From: Tubiluchus corallicola
Lineage: Eukaryota > Animalia > Priapulida
Assembly: GCA_030141605.1 (NCBI GenBank)
Contig: JAQGDQ010000178.1
Location: 374,628-438,627, forward strand
DNA: 64,000 nt
Direction of reading: 5' to 3'
Shown here: one piece after another, positions 25,301-38,600 of the stretch
Layout of the letters: each line of letters starts with the position of its first letter
Numbering within the stretch: position 1 is the first letter of the stretch
Made by a program: the position numbers and the translations under genes
The notes under the pieces: model-generated
Databases searched by the model: none
Seen by the model: the letters and a program-made list of their open reading frames with translations, nothing else
What the model was told of the DNA's origin: nothing

Positions 25301-28300
25301 TACCCATTCTGCTGTAAATTTACGTGACAGGTTCAATAAAGTCAAGTGGGATTCAAAACAGCTGGTCAATTTCGTTTATGCAAAATTTTCGTTTGATACT
25401 TGAGTTTTTGTCACATAAAAAGTTTTTGCAGCAAAGTAACTGCAGTAGGATTCATCACTTGAAACTGTTAGCTCATTAGCATGCTGTCAGTGTAGGTACA
25501 TAGATAAAACAGCTGGTGCTACACTAGTATGAGATCTTTGGACACATGTTAACAGCTTCGCATACTCCATAGCCAACAACTTTTTGCAGCTCCAGGTGTG
25601 GCGCGTTAAATTTAACCGTAAATTAATTTGCAAACGACTGGCAAAGTTAAAGTACGAAATAAAAACCAATAAATATATAGTTATACAGGCAATCTGGCCC
25701 CATAAAAAGTCCACAATATGCAATAACAAAGTGTGCAATAATGTAGTAATAATAACGATGACAGTTTTTTAGTTTTTGTGAGTTTGCATTACTGATGCGC
25801 AAGCAATAAACCATGTCTGCTATAATAGTGTTATACTGCATCTATTATACAATCAACTATAAGCTGTCCAAGTTTTACCACAGGACTGACCATACGTCTA
25901 ATTGTAAGTTTTATCACTGACAATCATAAGGAAGCCTGGTACAATGTCTGGTACATAATCTTGTAATGTAGTCAGTAACAAACATAATACTTGCTAACTC
26001 CATCAATATAATATTTTAGAAAATAAAATAATCACTAATTCAACTTAAGCAAGTGGCTAAACTTAATTAAACAAGATTCGTCATTCTTCTTATTTTTCCA
26101 AAAAATAATTTACAAAAATGGCAACCAAAGTTTTTTTTTAATAAAAACAAACAATATTTTACGTACTTTTAAAGTTGCATTCTTTTGCAAGCCCTCAAAA
26201 CCCAAAATGAAGAAACTGTAAGAACTGACAGTGAAATTGTAAACAGTGATATCTTTGTCAGTATAATTTCCATAATGCTGGACCACAAAAGATGCAACCA
26301 ATGAATCACTTGTTGCTGTAAATATTCAAAAAAATTAAAAAATCATTACTGCTTCATTACTCAATCTTTCTTAGTTTACTCTTCATAACTTAAAATTGAC
26401 AATGATAGCTTGTTAACACTGCCTTTTAATTTAGTTTGGTTTAAATATAGTTAATTTATTGTAATATGACAGGGATTACAATATGGCTTGAACAAAACAG
26501 TTTTACAACTGATAGACATTCTTACCAATGGAACATAACACTTAGAAGAGTGCAGACAATAAATGAACAGTAGAAGCATTAAATTCAAATTCAGTTTATT
26601 TCACCAGCAGACAAGCAAACTACAATAATACACATTATAAATGTACAACTTTTTTGTATAATTCAAAAAACAACAACAACAAAAATAATTTCTGATTCCA
26701 TAAACATAGCAATTATAGTGTTGAAACTTGTCGCATGGGAGCTATAAAGATGACCTTACTAAGCCAAAATGAAATGTGAAACGAAGAATGAAGATAATGA
26801 GGAGAATAAAGAAGAGCTATGCTGCAGTTAGTAGAAAGAAAACAGAAGAAAAGAAGTCAAACGAAAACATGTTCAGAATAGCTGCAGCTGATTTTTGACA
26901 AGAAATCATCGCTGGATGCCGTAAGACTGACAGGAAAAACCACCCAAGTGAATTATTCACTATTAGAAATAAGACAGAAATGTACGCTATTTCAAACACT
27001 TTTTAAAAGTATTTATAGATTTGCTGTTGTTAATGTTTGGACGAATATTGTTCCAATATAAAGAGGCTGTGAATTTAAGAAAATGTCTATGAATATTCAT
27101 TCTACAGTACAATAGGGTACAAAATACTCATTAAGACAGGTATTATTGTGTTTAATCACATAAGATTGGATAAAAAAGTAGTTGGAAATAAACTGAAATG
27201 TGTTTTGTACATATATGTAGAGAAGTTAAATGAAATTAAATCTTCTAAAATTGAAATACTACAGTTTCGAAGTAAGTAGTGATTTAGTTAGTTGTCTATT
27301 TTCTTTGATATCTATTTAAGATAACCAAGTCTGTAGGATAAGTTCTGCCCCATAACACAAAACAATGTTAAGCAAGGAAAAATTAATGTATTATATAATG
27401 ATAATAAATAAAATTTACATGGTTTATATTTGATATATGAAATTATTCAAGGCTTTTGCAATTTTTGACTTATCGTGTTTACATGAGGCTGCTTCCAATC
27501 TAAGTTTTCATGAATGACAATTCCCAGAGATTTGAATGTACTCACACGCTCGATCAAACAGCCATCGGTATACATATTTATATCATTTGGAAGTGTTTTG
27601 TTTTTGTTATGAAAAATCATGCATTTTGTTTTGTAGGGATTAAGAGATAATGTTATATGAGAACAATCTGTAATTACAGGTAGCGTCTCATTTATCTGTT
27701 TTATGGAGTAAGAAGATGGACTGAGAAATAAGGTTGTGTCATTAGCAAACTGAAGTAGGTTCAAGTTGTGTAATAAGTTACTTAAATCATTTATGTAAAG
27801 CAAGAACAACATGGGTCCCAATATGGAACCCTGAGGAACGCCACATTTCATACCCGACAACAATTCTAACTTCTTACTTGTTGAGTATGACTGGCTAAGT
27901 AACTGACAAACAAGGTATTGGTTGTGCCTCGAATTCTATAATGAGTCAGTTTTTGAAGAAGAATTGAGTGGTCTATAGTTTCGAATGCTTTTCATAGGAC
28001 ACAGAAAATGTCTGCTGCTAGAGAGTTATTTTCAATAGTGGCTACAATAGTGGTTATAGTGCATCACTATTTTTGAAAAGGGGTATCATTACAGCTTGTT
28101 TTAAATTTGTTGGGAACATATCCACACTAGGTGATGCATTTATTATATATGACTAATAGGTGTAGCAATGGATGGCATTGGCATGGTGTCATGAAATACC
28201 TTGGGAGAAAAATTGTCTATTCCTGGACTTTTACTTGAGTTTAACGTTTTACAGATGCTTATTACCTCGGCAGGACTAATTGGTTTAAAAAAAGATCTTA

Positions 28301-31300
28301 AAACAATTTCCCATTAAATGATCCGCTTAATGCTTGTTTGAATTTCAAATTTTATTTGCAAGAGATGGTGCTATATTTGCGAAATATTCATTGAATTTAT
28401 TTGGGGTACAGTAAATTAACATACTGTCTTTACAAATATATTGTTTGAGATTCTCAGTTTCTGCAGCTTGGCTGGCTACTTTAGATGCAGTGGTTTTCAC
28501 TAAGGCTGTAAGATCATTGTTCTCTTGTTCAGTATTTTCTAATCTTGTCACACATCGCACAAAGATTATCATATTTAGTTTCCAAAGATGTTTGTCCTGC
28601 CTCAAGTTTTTTCAAACCAATTTGGATTTTGCCCATTTCAGACATCATTTCTCCTCTAAATTTTTACAGTTCAGATGAAAGGTTTTCGTCAGTATTAGAT
28701 TTCATATTACCTTCAATATAGTGTCACATTACAGTATGATTGCTAGCAGTGTAGATCCTGCTACAACAATACCTAGCGTAATGTTGAGAATGACATGTGT
28801 AAACAATGTAAACTAGTACAATGGTTAGAAGTGCTTAGTTAAAAATATAAATATCTGTACAAGCTTAATACTTGAGTATTAACAGTTATAAGTAGATATT
28901 GATGGCCAAGAAGAAGTAGATAAATGACTTCATTTGTCGACAGATTAATATCCTAATATTATACGTAATTAACAGAGTACAGAGTTTGTTTAATATCTCA
29001 GGTCTGGTGATATAAGGGGCAGCTATTTAGAAAATGACCAGTGGTTTCAAAAGAGGCACCGCATCTATAAGTAGGTAAAATGGGGTTCCCTGACTTTCTT
29101 TTTCGTTACAAGGATAATAGAAACGAGAATTCTACTAATACGTTCACATTCAGTAAAAAAACTTGATTCAAACGTCTACCATACATTTCTAAAAAGCTTA
29201 AACATGCTCAGCAGCAAACCAAAATCAATTAACAGTACCTTGTGTATCAATAAAGAAATCCAAAGGTCGTGAAATTGGTTCCTCTTCACGTTTCGATGGG
29301 TCAGTCATACTAAAACTCAATACTGGGGTATTCACAAGCAAGGCAGATTCATCCCAGACAAATGGGTTTTCAGAAACAACATACATCTAGCAAGCACAAC
29401 ATAATGATAAACACTATCTGTTAATTGACCAAAAATACGAACCTACATAATAAGAATTTGTTAAGGTATTTGGTAAAATGGCAAACTATAAGAATTTGTT
29501 GAGCTTTTTGATAAAACAGAAAACTAATTGCTTCAAAGCCTCACTCTGAAACACTTCAAACATTAACTAGTGTGTAAATAAATTATTAAACTTACCACTG
29601 CATCCACGGTTTTGTAATCGTCAGCCACAGCATCTGTGTTTTTATCGTCCAGTGAAGGTTCTAATGGAGGGAGAAATACACGTCCAGAAGCTTCTAGATC
29701 AAATTGAAAACCTAGAAATAGGTGAACATATATGACAGGAAAATTAAAAATGATATTATCAGTAAATGGCACTTATTAGACTCACTGTTAATAGAATCAG
29801 TCACCTAATTGACTCACTAATGTCTGGTTACCCACTCCAATGTTAGTAATGGAAAAATGGTGAAGTAAACTTACTAGTGCAGTGAGATTTAGTTTGTACT
29901 CAGACAACATACAGATAACATATTGACAACAAACAAAAAAATTTACTTGTTGTAACCATTTGAAAGCTAATATATTAGTCATAAAAATTTACATATGGGT
30001 ACAGGTGGCGCTGTTGTATTGTGAGCTACATGGAAGAAATCTCAGCCCTTCTCTGTCATGCTGGGCTAATAGCTTAGGTGGTAGAGCCTGTGAGTACTAA
30101 TACTATCAGCTTCAGGTTCAAATCCCAGCTATTCAACAATTTTTCAGTGTCTCCTTTGTCTAACTCATTAGCCTCAGAGTAACAGCTGATAAAATAAGCC
30201 GTTCTGGTTTACAATAAAATTCTGGCAATCATAATTAATTAACAATGAAACTTGTTTTACCCTCAGAGCTTTTGGTGCGTTTTTTGTCCACTATAAGTTT
30301 AAGCGATTCGGTAATGATAGTACTAGGTTCTTCACCAAGAATTTTATAATCAAGAACAACTTTTGCAACACTGTCGACGATCTTCAACGTTTTCAAGGAT
30401 GTGTCTTCTGCCTGTTTGAAAATACATAGTTACTGTAAGTACAGAAAATGTCAGGAAATGTGTCGTTTCAGGAAAAGTCCACTAAAAAAATTAAGTACTT
30501 CACAATGAAATTAGAATATAGAAAGGGCAACCTACAAAAAATAGTCAGATTAGTGTGGACATAAATAAACTAACTCAACTTACTTTGTTTAAATGGAAAT
30601 GATACTGAAAATTTCTACCAGGAAGAGGTTTAATTGTGTCCAAAAACATTAAAGGATAACTAGCCATAACATAGAAATCACAAATGCCATTAGGCATACA
30701 CAGGCATTTTTGAAAATTATCCATTTGTATAATCCACTTATAGCGAGTTTCAAGGGACCATGAAAATTTGCTCCCCACAACCGACTCTCATTTTTGATGA
30801 GGTGAACTGCTTGAGTAAACAAGATACAAATGAAGATTATACAAAGTGGATGAAACAAGGATGAAAAGGGCACTTTCTTTTGGGACTGGCACAAGTTTCT
30901 CAATGAGTGCCATTCTTAAGCAACTAATTAATCACAAGAGTAAACCCTTAGTGTTTAAATTTTCTTTTTATATAGGATTAAGGCGGTATTTTATGCAATA
31001 AATAAAACTGTCATGCAAGTTTCTTTTCTCTAAGTTAAAACTGCTGTGATTCATTGTGATTTCTGTTGATAGTTGAGTGTGTTTTGCCTGATCGTGCATG
31101 GTTATTCATGATCATATAAATGCGTTGGATGTATTTTGCACTGAACGCGGTTAGATCTGTGTGGGCGGAAAACAAACCTGATTTTTATTTAAATCTGTAC
31201 AGGACAGTTTGTTTTATAATTATAAAGCATTTTCAACATGGACCAATGTCAGCTAATATCTAATTACCCATGTGTAACTTAACGTAAAATCACTGTATTT

Positions 31301-34300
31301 ATTTAAAACAACATCTTTATTAGAAATTCAACTTTGAAAAGTCACAGAATTACTTATTATGCAACAAAGGCCAATTTATTTTTTAAAAAAACTCAGTTAT
31401 TTTGCCAACTTTACATAAAATTGCCTCACAGGAGGCGCTGTCAAGTTTTGATAGGAATGAGAACAGATTCAGTTGCTGGTGATGACTTAAAAACTGCTTA
31501 AGTTTAGCAATGACTTCAATGGTGTCATTCAATGTAACGCATTCACAAACTGGTTCTTTTTCTGCATCTGCATCATGTCATTGATTCGTTCCGACTGTAA
31601 GTTACAATTACAGCAGGGCCAGTAGCTGCAAACCTATTTGAATATCTGCATCTTCTGTACTTGATCTACCTTGTTTTATGCACCAGTAGTAAACTAATCC
31701 TCATGGTGATCTCTTTGCTCTTGTTGAATGGTGCCAATTTGCCCTTTGTTTTATTATTTGCACTCATTATATGCACAGGAAATACAATCACAGGGCCATA
31801 AAATTCACACGTAAGAAGCAAAATATCGGATCTCTCTGTAAGCAAGGTTCAAAGATATTATTTAAGCCTAATAATTGACATGTCTTTGAAATTTACTCGC
31901 AATAACCAGAAACTCTTTATAACAGAACTCGCTATAAGTGGATTATACTGTATAATAAAAGAAAACAAGCGAAAGCTACGTCTTCTATTATTTTGTCTTT
32001 GCTTCGATTTTCCTCTAGTGACACTTTATCTTCCACGATTTCATATCCCTCATCTTCATCAAGCAAAATTTGTTTTTTAGCAGATTTAACACTGCCACCA
32101 AATATGCTTGACGTGCCAATCATCATGAATCTGCAACAAGATAAACAATAAACAAAAATAAAATAAACAGTGTGCAAATATACAGCGTGCTGCCAGATTG
32201 ATTGATAACATGCAGAGTATGCAAAATACTAAATAAGTAAGACAAACAATTTTCCCAAGTGGAATTTAATTTTAATGAAAAGATTGTCACAATTTCTTGT
32301 AGAACTATAAGAATTGTAAAAGTTCATACTTTGCAGCATTTTCCAGTTCAGCATCGATAGTTTTTTCTAAAACATGCTTGTCCATTTGGCTTCCTATTTC
32401 AGTGAACTTTGTCATGGCATTTTGCTGAAAATTATGACACATGAATAAACCCAATACACAAATGAATACAAACACAACAAACGAATAACAGCAAAGTTCA
32501 CACGTTTATTCACCGCAAAAGGTATAGAGATTCTTTATGATAAATAAATGCCAATAATAACCAAAAAAGTAGATAAATTAATACCATTGCTTGTGGTGAT
32601 AGTTCCTCAGCAACCAGAGAGTTTTGGCTAAGAAGTACTGCAACTTGTTGTACAGATTTGGTGTTATAAAGTGGAGTCTTAGCCAAAACATCCATAATAG
32701 AGGACCGAACCTACCAAATCAAGTTATCAGTAAAGTTAGCATACAGATATTATTCCTGAAAAGCGGGTTTCTTTAATCACTTCATGTAAATACTAAACTA
32801 TTATGATTACAGATATGCATACTATTGACACTGCAGCCATTTTGTAAATATAGTGTGAAACAATGCATAAGATTTTGCACAAAAAAATAAACATCCATAA
32901 TAAAATACCGTATATTATCCAAAATGCTAAAAGTTTTGCAAAATAAACACTATAATCTAATATGCGATTATTATAATGGATGAACAGCATTCCAAAATTG
33001 TAAGTGTAATCAATACACTTCAAAACATCGAGCTTGATTTTGCCTAAAAAACCTTAATAACATCAAAAAATGGAATCTATAAACAATAGAAGAGCATACT
33101 AGCCCTTTGTATCATTTGATGTCATGTCACACCATTGTACATGTGCAGTATCGATTTCAGATGTGAATACGATACACAATAATGTGTGAAAAATACTTTT
33201 CATATAATTCAGAGAATTCATACAAATGGGTGGAAATATATACAGTCTGATTTGTTGTTTTTATAGAAAGAAATGCATAACGCTTACGTCTACGAGTTGT
33301 TGCTTCAAATGTTTTGCTGTTATTGAAATATGTAGTTTAAATTAATTCATGACTTTGTAAGAAAAACCGCACAACTATATGATTAAAAGAGTGGGCACCC
33401 AAAATATAATTCATTGTAACTTACAAGATTTGGAGCATATACATTATTAATTTTTATCACAACTCTAACATTAAATAAAACACAGGCAGGATAACCAATC
33501 ATATATAATTAATCACTAATTGTTACATTATAAATATGCAATAAGCACAATGCACTAATCTTAGATATAGGACGCGTGAATTAGCATATAACTATTCAAA
33601 AAAATGTTAGGGAAAAAAATAACCTAATGAGCTAGACGGATAATTTGACGTCTGCTTATAGGAATAGCAAGCAGCAAATGGTCACCTGTACAGAGGTGAC
33701 AATAAATATTGTAACTTAAAATTAAGCCGGTATAACTGATTCAAGGTTAACCTAATCTAAAAGACTCTAGGTAGATTTGCAAAAATTGTAGCAGCTGAAA
33801 TAAACTAGTTAGCAATACTATAAATAAAAAGTCTTGCAGCAGAGTTGAACTCAATCACGGATATATGTGACATAATAATTATAATGATAATAATAATAAC
33901 TAGCAAAGGCCCCACAAAAGGTTTTGCGTAAAAAACCACGTATAATCAATAACACGCGAAAGTCCTACACAGTCCTCATTTATAACACAAAGCCCGTAAC
34001 ATCCTGCCTACTTACCTAACGCAAAGCCAGCAGCGTTTACTCCTGCCTACTGTATGTTTATCTAATGCAAAGCAGCTTTTTGCTGAATTAAAGCTATAAG
34101 CAATAATGGATGACGTCAGCACAATGGAATGCGGTCAGCACAGTTTTCTAAGCGAAAATTGTCGAAATTTGCGGAAAATAGAACATGTAATTAACTCGTC
34201 GATACTCCTCTCGGTGGACCTGCCCTAAAATATAGCCCACATCATCGTGTAGCCTTGTCCTTCCTCTTTGTAAAGAGCTATATATCTCCTTCCGAGAGTC

Positions 34301-35536
34301 CAACCAGGCACCGCTAGAACGTTTTTCCCGCAGGCTGTTTGGTCAAAATTTCGAAAAAATCGCGAGTTGGGTCCGGGAAAACACCCGCTGTGGGACCCCG
34401 TGGCCCTCTCGCGAATTCTAAATATGCCTACTACACCCACCGCTGAACGGGCTATCTATCCATACCCAGTACCACCCTCGACCTGTTCCCGTTCTCTACA
34501 TCTCAGCCGTATAACTTTTGCAAAAAACGGCCGAAAAATGGCCATTTTTGGGGGGTTTTCGCCCCCACTCCTCCTGGTGGGCCCGATTCGAAAAATAAAC
34601 CATCAATGGCACAACACTAGATCGATACCTTTCGTTTGATGTATAGATCGCCGCAAATGGTGCCCTCGTCGAAGCTGTAGCCTCGAATCTTATATATATA
34701 TATATATATATAACATACCAAGAATATTAATATAAGAGACTAGCAAACGCCCCGCAAAAGATTCTGTGTATAAATACACGTATAATCAATAATACGCAAA
34801 CATCCTACCTAGTCCTCATGTATAACATAAAGCCCGTAGCATCCTGCCTACTTTTTGCTGAATTAAAGCTATAAGATTATAGGCAGAGTACAATGGATGA
34901 TGTCACTACAATGCCTTTGCGTCACCAGTTTTCTAAGCGAAAATTGTCTAAATTTGCGGAAAATAGAACACGTAATTAACTCCTCGGTACTCCTTTCGGT
35001 GGACCTGCCCTAATATATAGCCCACATCATTGTGTAGCCCCGTTCTTCCTCTCTCTAAAGAGCTGTATATCTCCTTCCGAGAGTCCCACCGGGCGCCACA
35101 AGAACGTTTTTTCCGCAGGCTGTTTGGTCAAAATTTCGAAAAAATCGCGAGTTGGGTCCGGGAAAATGCCTGTTGCGGGGCGCCGTGGCCCTCTCGCGAA
35201 TTCTAAATATGCCTACTACACCCACCACTGAACGGGCTATCTATCCATAGCCAACACCACCCTCGGCCCATTCCCGTTCTCTACATCTCAGCCATATAAC
35301 TTTTGCAATTTTTGCAAAAAACGGCCAAAAAATGGCCATTTTTGGAGGTTTTTTGCCTCCCCTTCCTTCCGGTGGGCCCAATTCGAAAAATAAACCATTA
35401 ATGGCACGACAATAGATCGAAACCTTTCATTTGATATATAGATCGCCGCAAATGGTGCCCTCGTCGGAGCTGTAGCCTCAAATCTTATATATATATATAT
35501 TAAGATACCAAGAATATTAATATAAGAGAATAGATG

Positions 35537-35600
<64 letters not shown>

Positions 35601-38600
35601 CAACAACAAAAACAACAATAATAATAATGATAATGATAATATTAATAATATTAACAATAATAATAATCATAATAATAGAAGTGCAAATTACCTCTGCCTT
35701 TGCATTTAACAGAGCTTCGCGTTTTTCATTTCTTTTTTTGTCGTCTGTTAACTGAATAAACCTAGTTTTGTTATCATTTAGCAATGCAGTAGCGGCTCCC
35801 ACAAGCTTGGCAACACCTAAGAAAGTAACCATGCACTTAAATTCTGTAACAAAACTTTTAATTGAAAATGATATGGCAGACTTTAAAACCAAAACAACCG
35901 CTGACAGTGTAAAAGCTACAAATCAACAGAAACACTGTCCACATACAGTATGAATTTTTTTTGAAAAACGTAGAACAACTAGATGACCTGTAAAGAGACG
36001 CTCTGCTTGTCTATGATGACTAATAAGCGGTTTAGGCAAGAACATGGTGACCTCATTGAAGTCTGGAAAATTTTGCATGGCTGCTATGATACCTCTCTAT
36101 CCCTTCATTGTTGTTGGAGTTCAATAAGACTGGTGATGTTCAGCGACCTATCACTTCAAGTTCGGTTTTCAAGTTAGCCAAAAAGCAGATGCAATAAAGT
36201 ACAGAGAGTTTGGTTTATTGGAAATCGCATGGTGAACCCCTGAAATCCATTACCAAGCACAAGTGGTTTTCGTTCAGAGTGCAGAGAGTTTCAAAAATTG
36301 ATTCATAACCACAGTGCTGCCAATCATTACTCTACATCCTATGGACTTCTTTACTTACTATAACATCTATGACTAAGTTTGCTGCCACTGTTCCCGCCAA
36401 CTTGGTGTTTTTTTTAACTTATGTTTGATAGTTGATGATACTGATGCTTTTTTGGTGAAATGTTAAAATCAGCCTAAAGTCCCAAGGACTAACCCTACAG
36501 CTGCAAAGTGGTATTTGATAACTTGTAAATGACTCATTAAAAGCACACAAAAAACATTTACTAACAAAGAAAACATGGGAGTGTGAATGCTATAGCGTAC
36601 AGACAAAAACTTGCTCCAAAGAATAAATAAAAACATAATCAGACATACCTTGGACATTACCGGTATTAAAATACGTTTCTAACTTACTGGGTGCAGTACC
36701 ATTAGAAACGATTAATTTTTTTAAGATATTAACAATTCGGACTGCTCGCTCAAAGGCTGTCATAGTTGGTGCACCTGGTTCATATCCTACTGGAAAAACC
36801 TAAAAATTAAAAAAACATTGTCATTGTTCTTAATAAGCCTTTTCACAGTTTTTGTTATGTGTTCACGCAGTTGCTGTAAGGTTAAGTGTAAAACAGCAAC
36901 GCGTCTTAACAACAACTTCACGTAACATGTTGGTAAAGCAAAGCTGTCTACCACATCAGGTCACTAGCATAAGTTGTTTACGTGGGCTTTACTTAATTCT
37001 GCATTAGTCTGTGGATAGAGGGATTTAGTGGTAGGATCTTGCTTGGGAAGTAGAAAAAATGAATAGGCAAGGTTCTAGCTAGTTGTCAAAACATGTTAAA
37101 TCTGTTACTATTACAATAACATGGGCTGCAAGGCATTGTCACTAGCACACTTAACTTTTGCCTTTTCTTGCTGGAACTGTTAATTATTCATATTACATAA
37201 TCCTTTAACTGTTAGTTATGCACAATAGTCTGTTATTATTACCTCTGTTCATAGAACTTAATTATACCTATATTATAGTTATATTTCTAGTTATATTTAT
37301 GCCCATACTTTGAAATGTTACTCAGCAAATTTGTAAACTCAAAAAAATATTTTTATAAAATCTGCACTCAACAAATTTACAGTGTAATTTTACAAAATAC
37401 AGTCTAATTGTAAACTAGATTATAAGCCTTTTACAGTAGACGCTGTTTATTAGACGCACTGTTAATAGAATAAGTTGCCTAGTTGACTCAAAAACATCTG
37501 GCACTGGCTTTTGTTCAAATGTATTTAAAAAATTTCGGCACTTGACTACTCTGCATAATTGACTCAATTTTTTGCTTCAGGTAATTAAAAGAAAACACTA
37601 TGAGTGATCAAAGAGCTTTTACTACTTTTACGTCACCTTTACTTCACATTTGTCCACTATAACGTAATAACATACATAGAAACAATCATGTTTAGTACTG
37701 CTTGGTTTGAAAACAGGCACGCTTTCTAATGCACTAATTTGCTAGCCAGCAGCTTTGCTTTGAGTCACCAGCTCAACCACTGCAATTAAATTCACTGCCC
37801 AAGAATGTATTGGAAACTAAACTTTAAATCACATGCCTAACGATTTGTTTTTAAAGTGGTTAATTTTGAAAAACACAAAAGAACATAAGCATAAACATGT
37901 AATATTTAAAGCTTTCACAGCCTTGGTGCATACTAAGCTGGAAAGTGATGACAGGTTCTTCTCTATTAGTAATACTACACAAGTCGGTTAATTAGGTAAA
38001 AAAATACTTCTATCCCAAAATGAATAAACTAGCCGGTGTCTACCGTATCATTTTATAAGTTGGTTTTGTATACACTCTCTGCTGAAAATACAAAGTATTC
38101 AAATAATTTTGTTTTATTCCACAAAGTGCAGTGCCAATAGCACCTTACCTTTATTGGCAAACGTACTCGAGCAGCACACTTATAAACATCCGAGACAACC
38201 ACAAGAATGTGTGCTGAATAATTTCTCTCGGGTAGGCCGGGAGAAAGAATACATGGGGGTAAAAAAGGATCAATACTGTAGTGCACTAATGTTCCTGAAA
38301 ATAGATTTTATATAATAAACAATATTGTATACAAACAATAATTAAAATGTGAAGGCAAAACTATATTCATAATAAAAATAATAAAGATTAATATTTTGAT
38401 AGATGTGCTTATTTCTATAATCAGAATACTGTAATTCTAAAATCGACATAGTTCTAGTACCATTAAAAACAATTTAAAACAGACAAGCATGTTCAGCGAC
38501 CCCAGCCATCCATTACAGGATTATTTAAAACTCTCAATTTTACAATTTAGAGTTGTCGAAATGGAGATTTGTATACAACATGTTTCATTACTCAAGTTTT

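Noticed and set aside
35500-35755. Poly-Ile ORFs
   Set aside because: (TAA)n microsatellite; only 35692..35915 on the minus strand is exon
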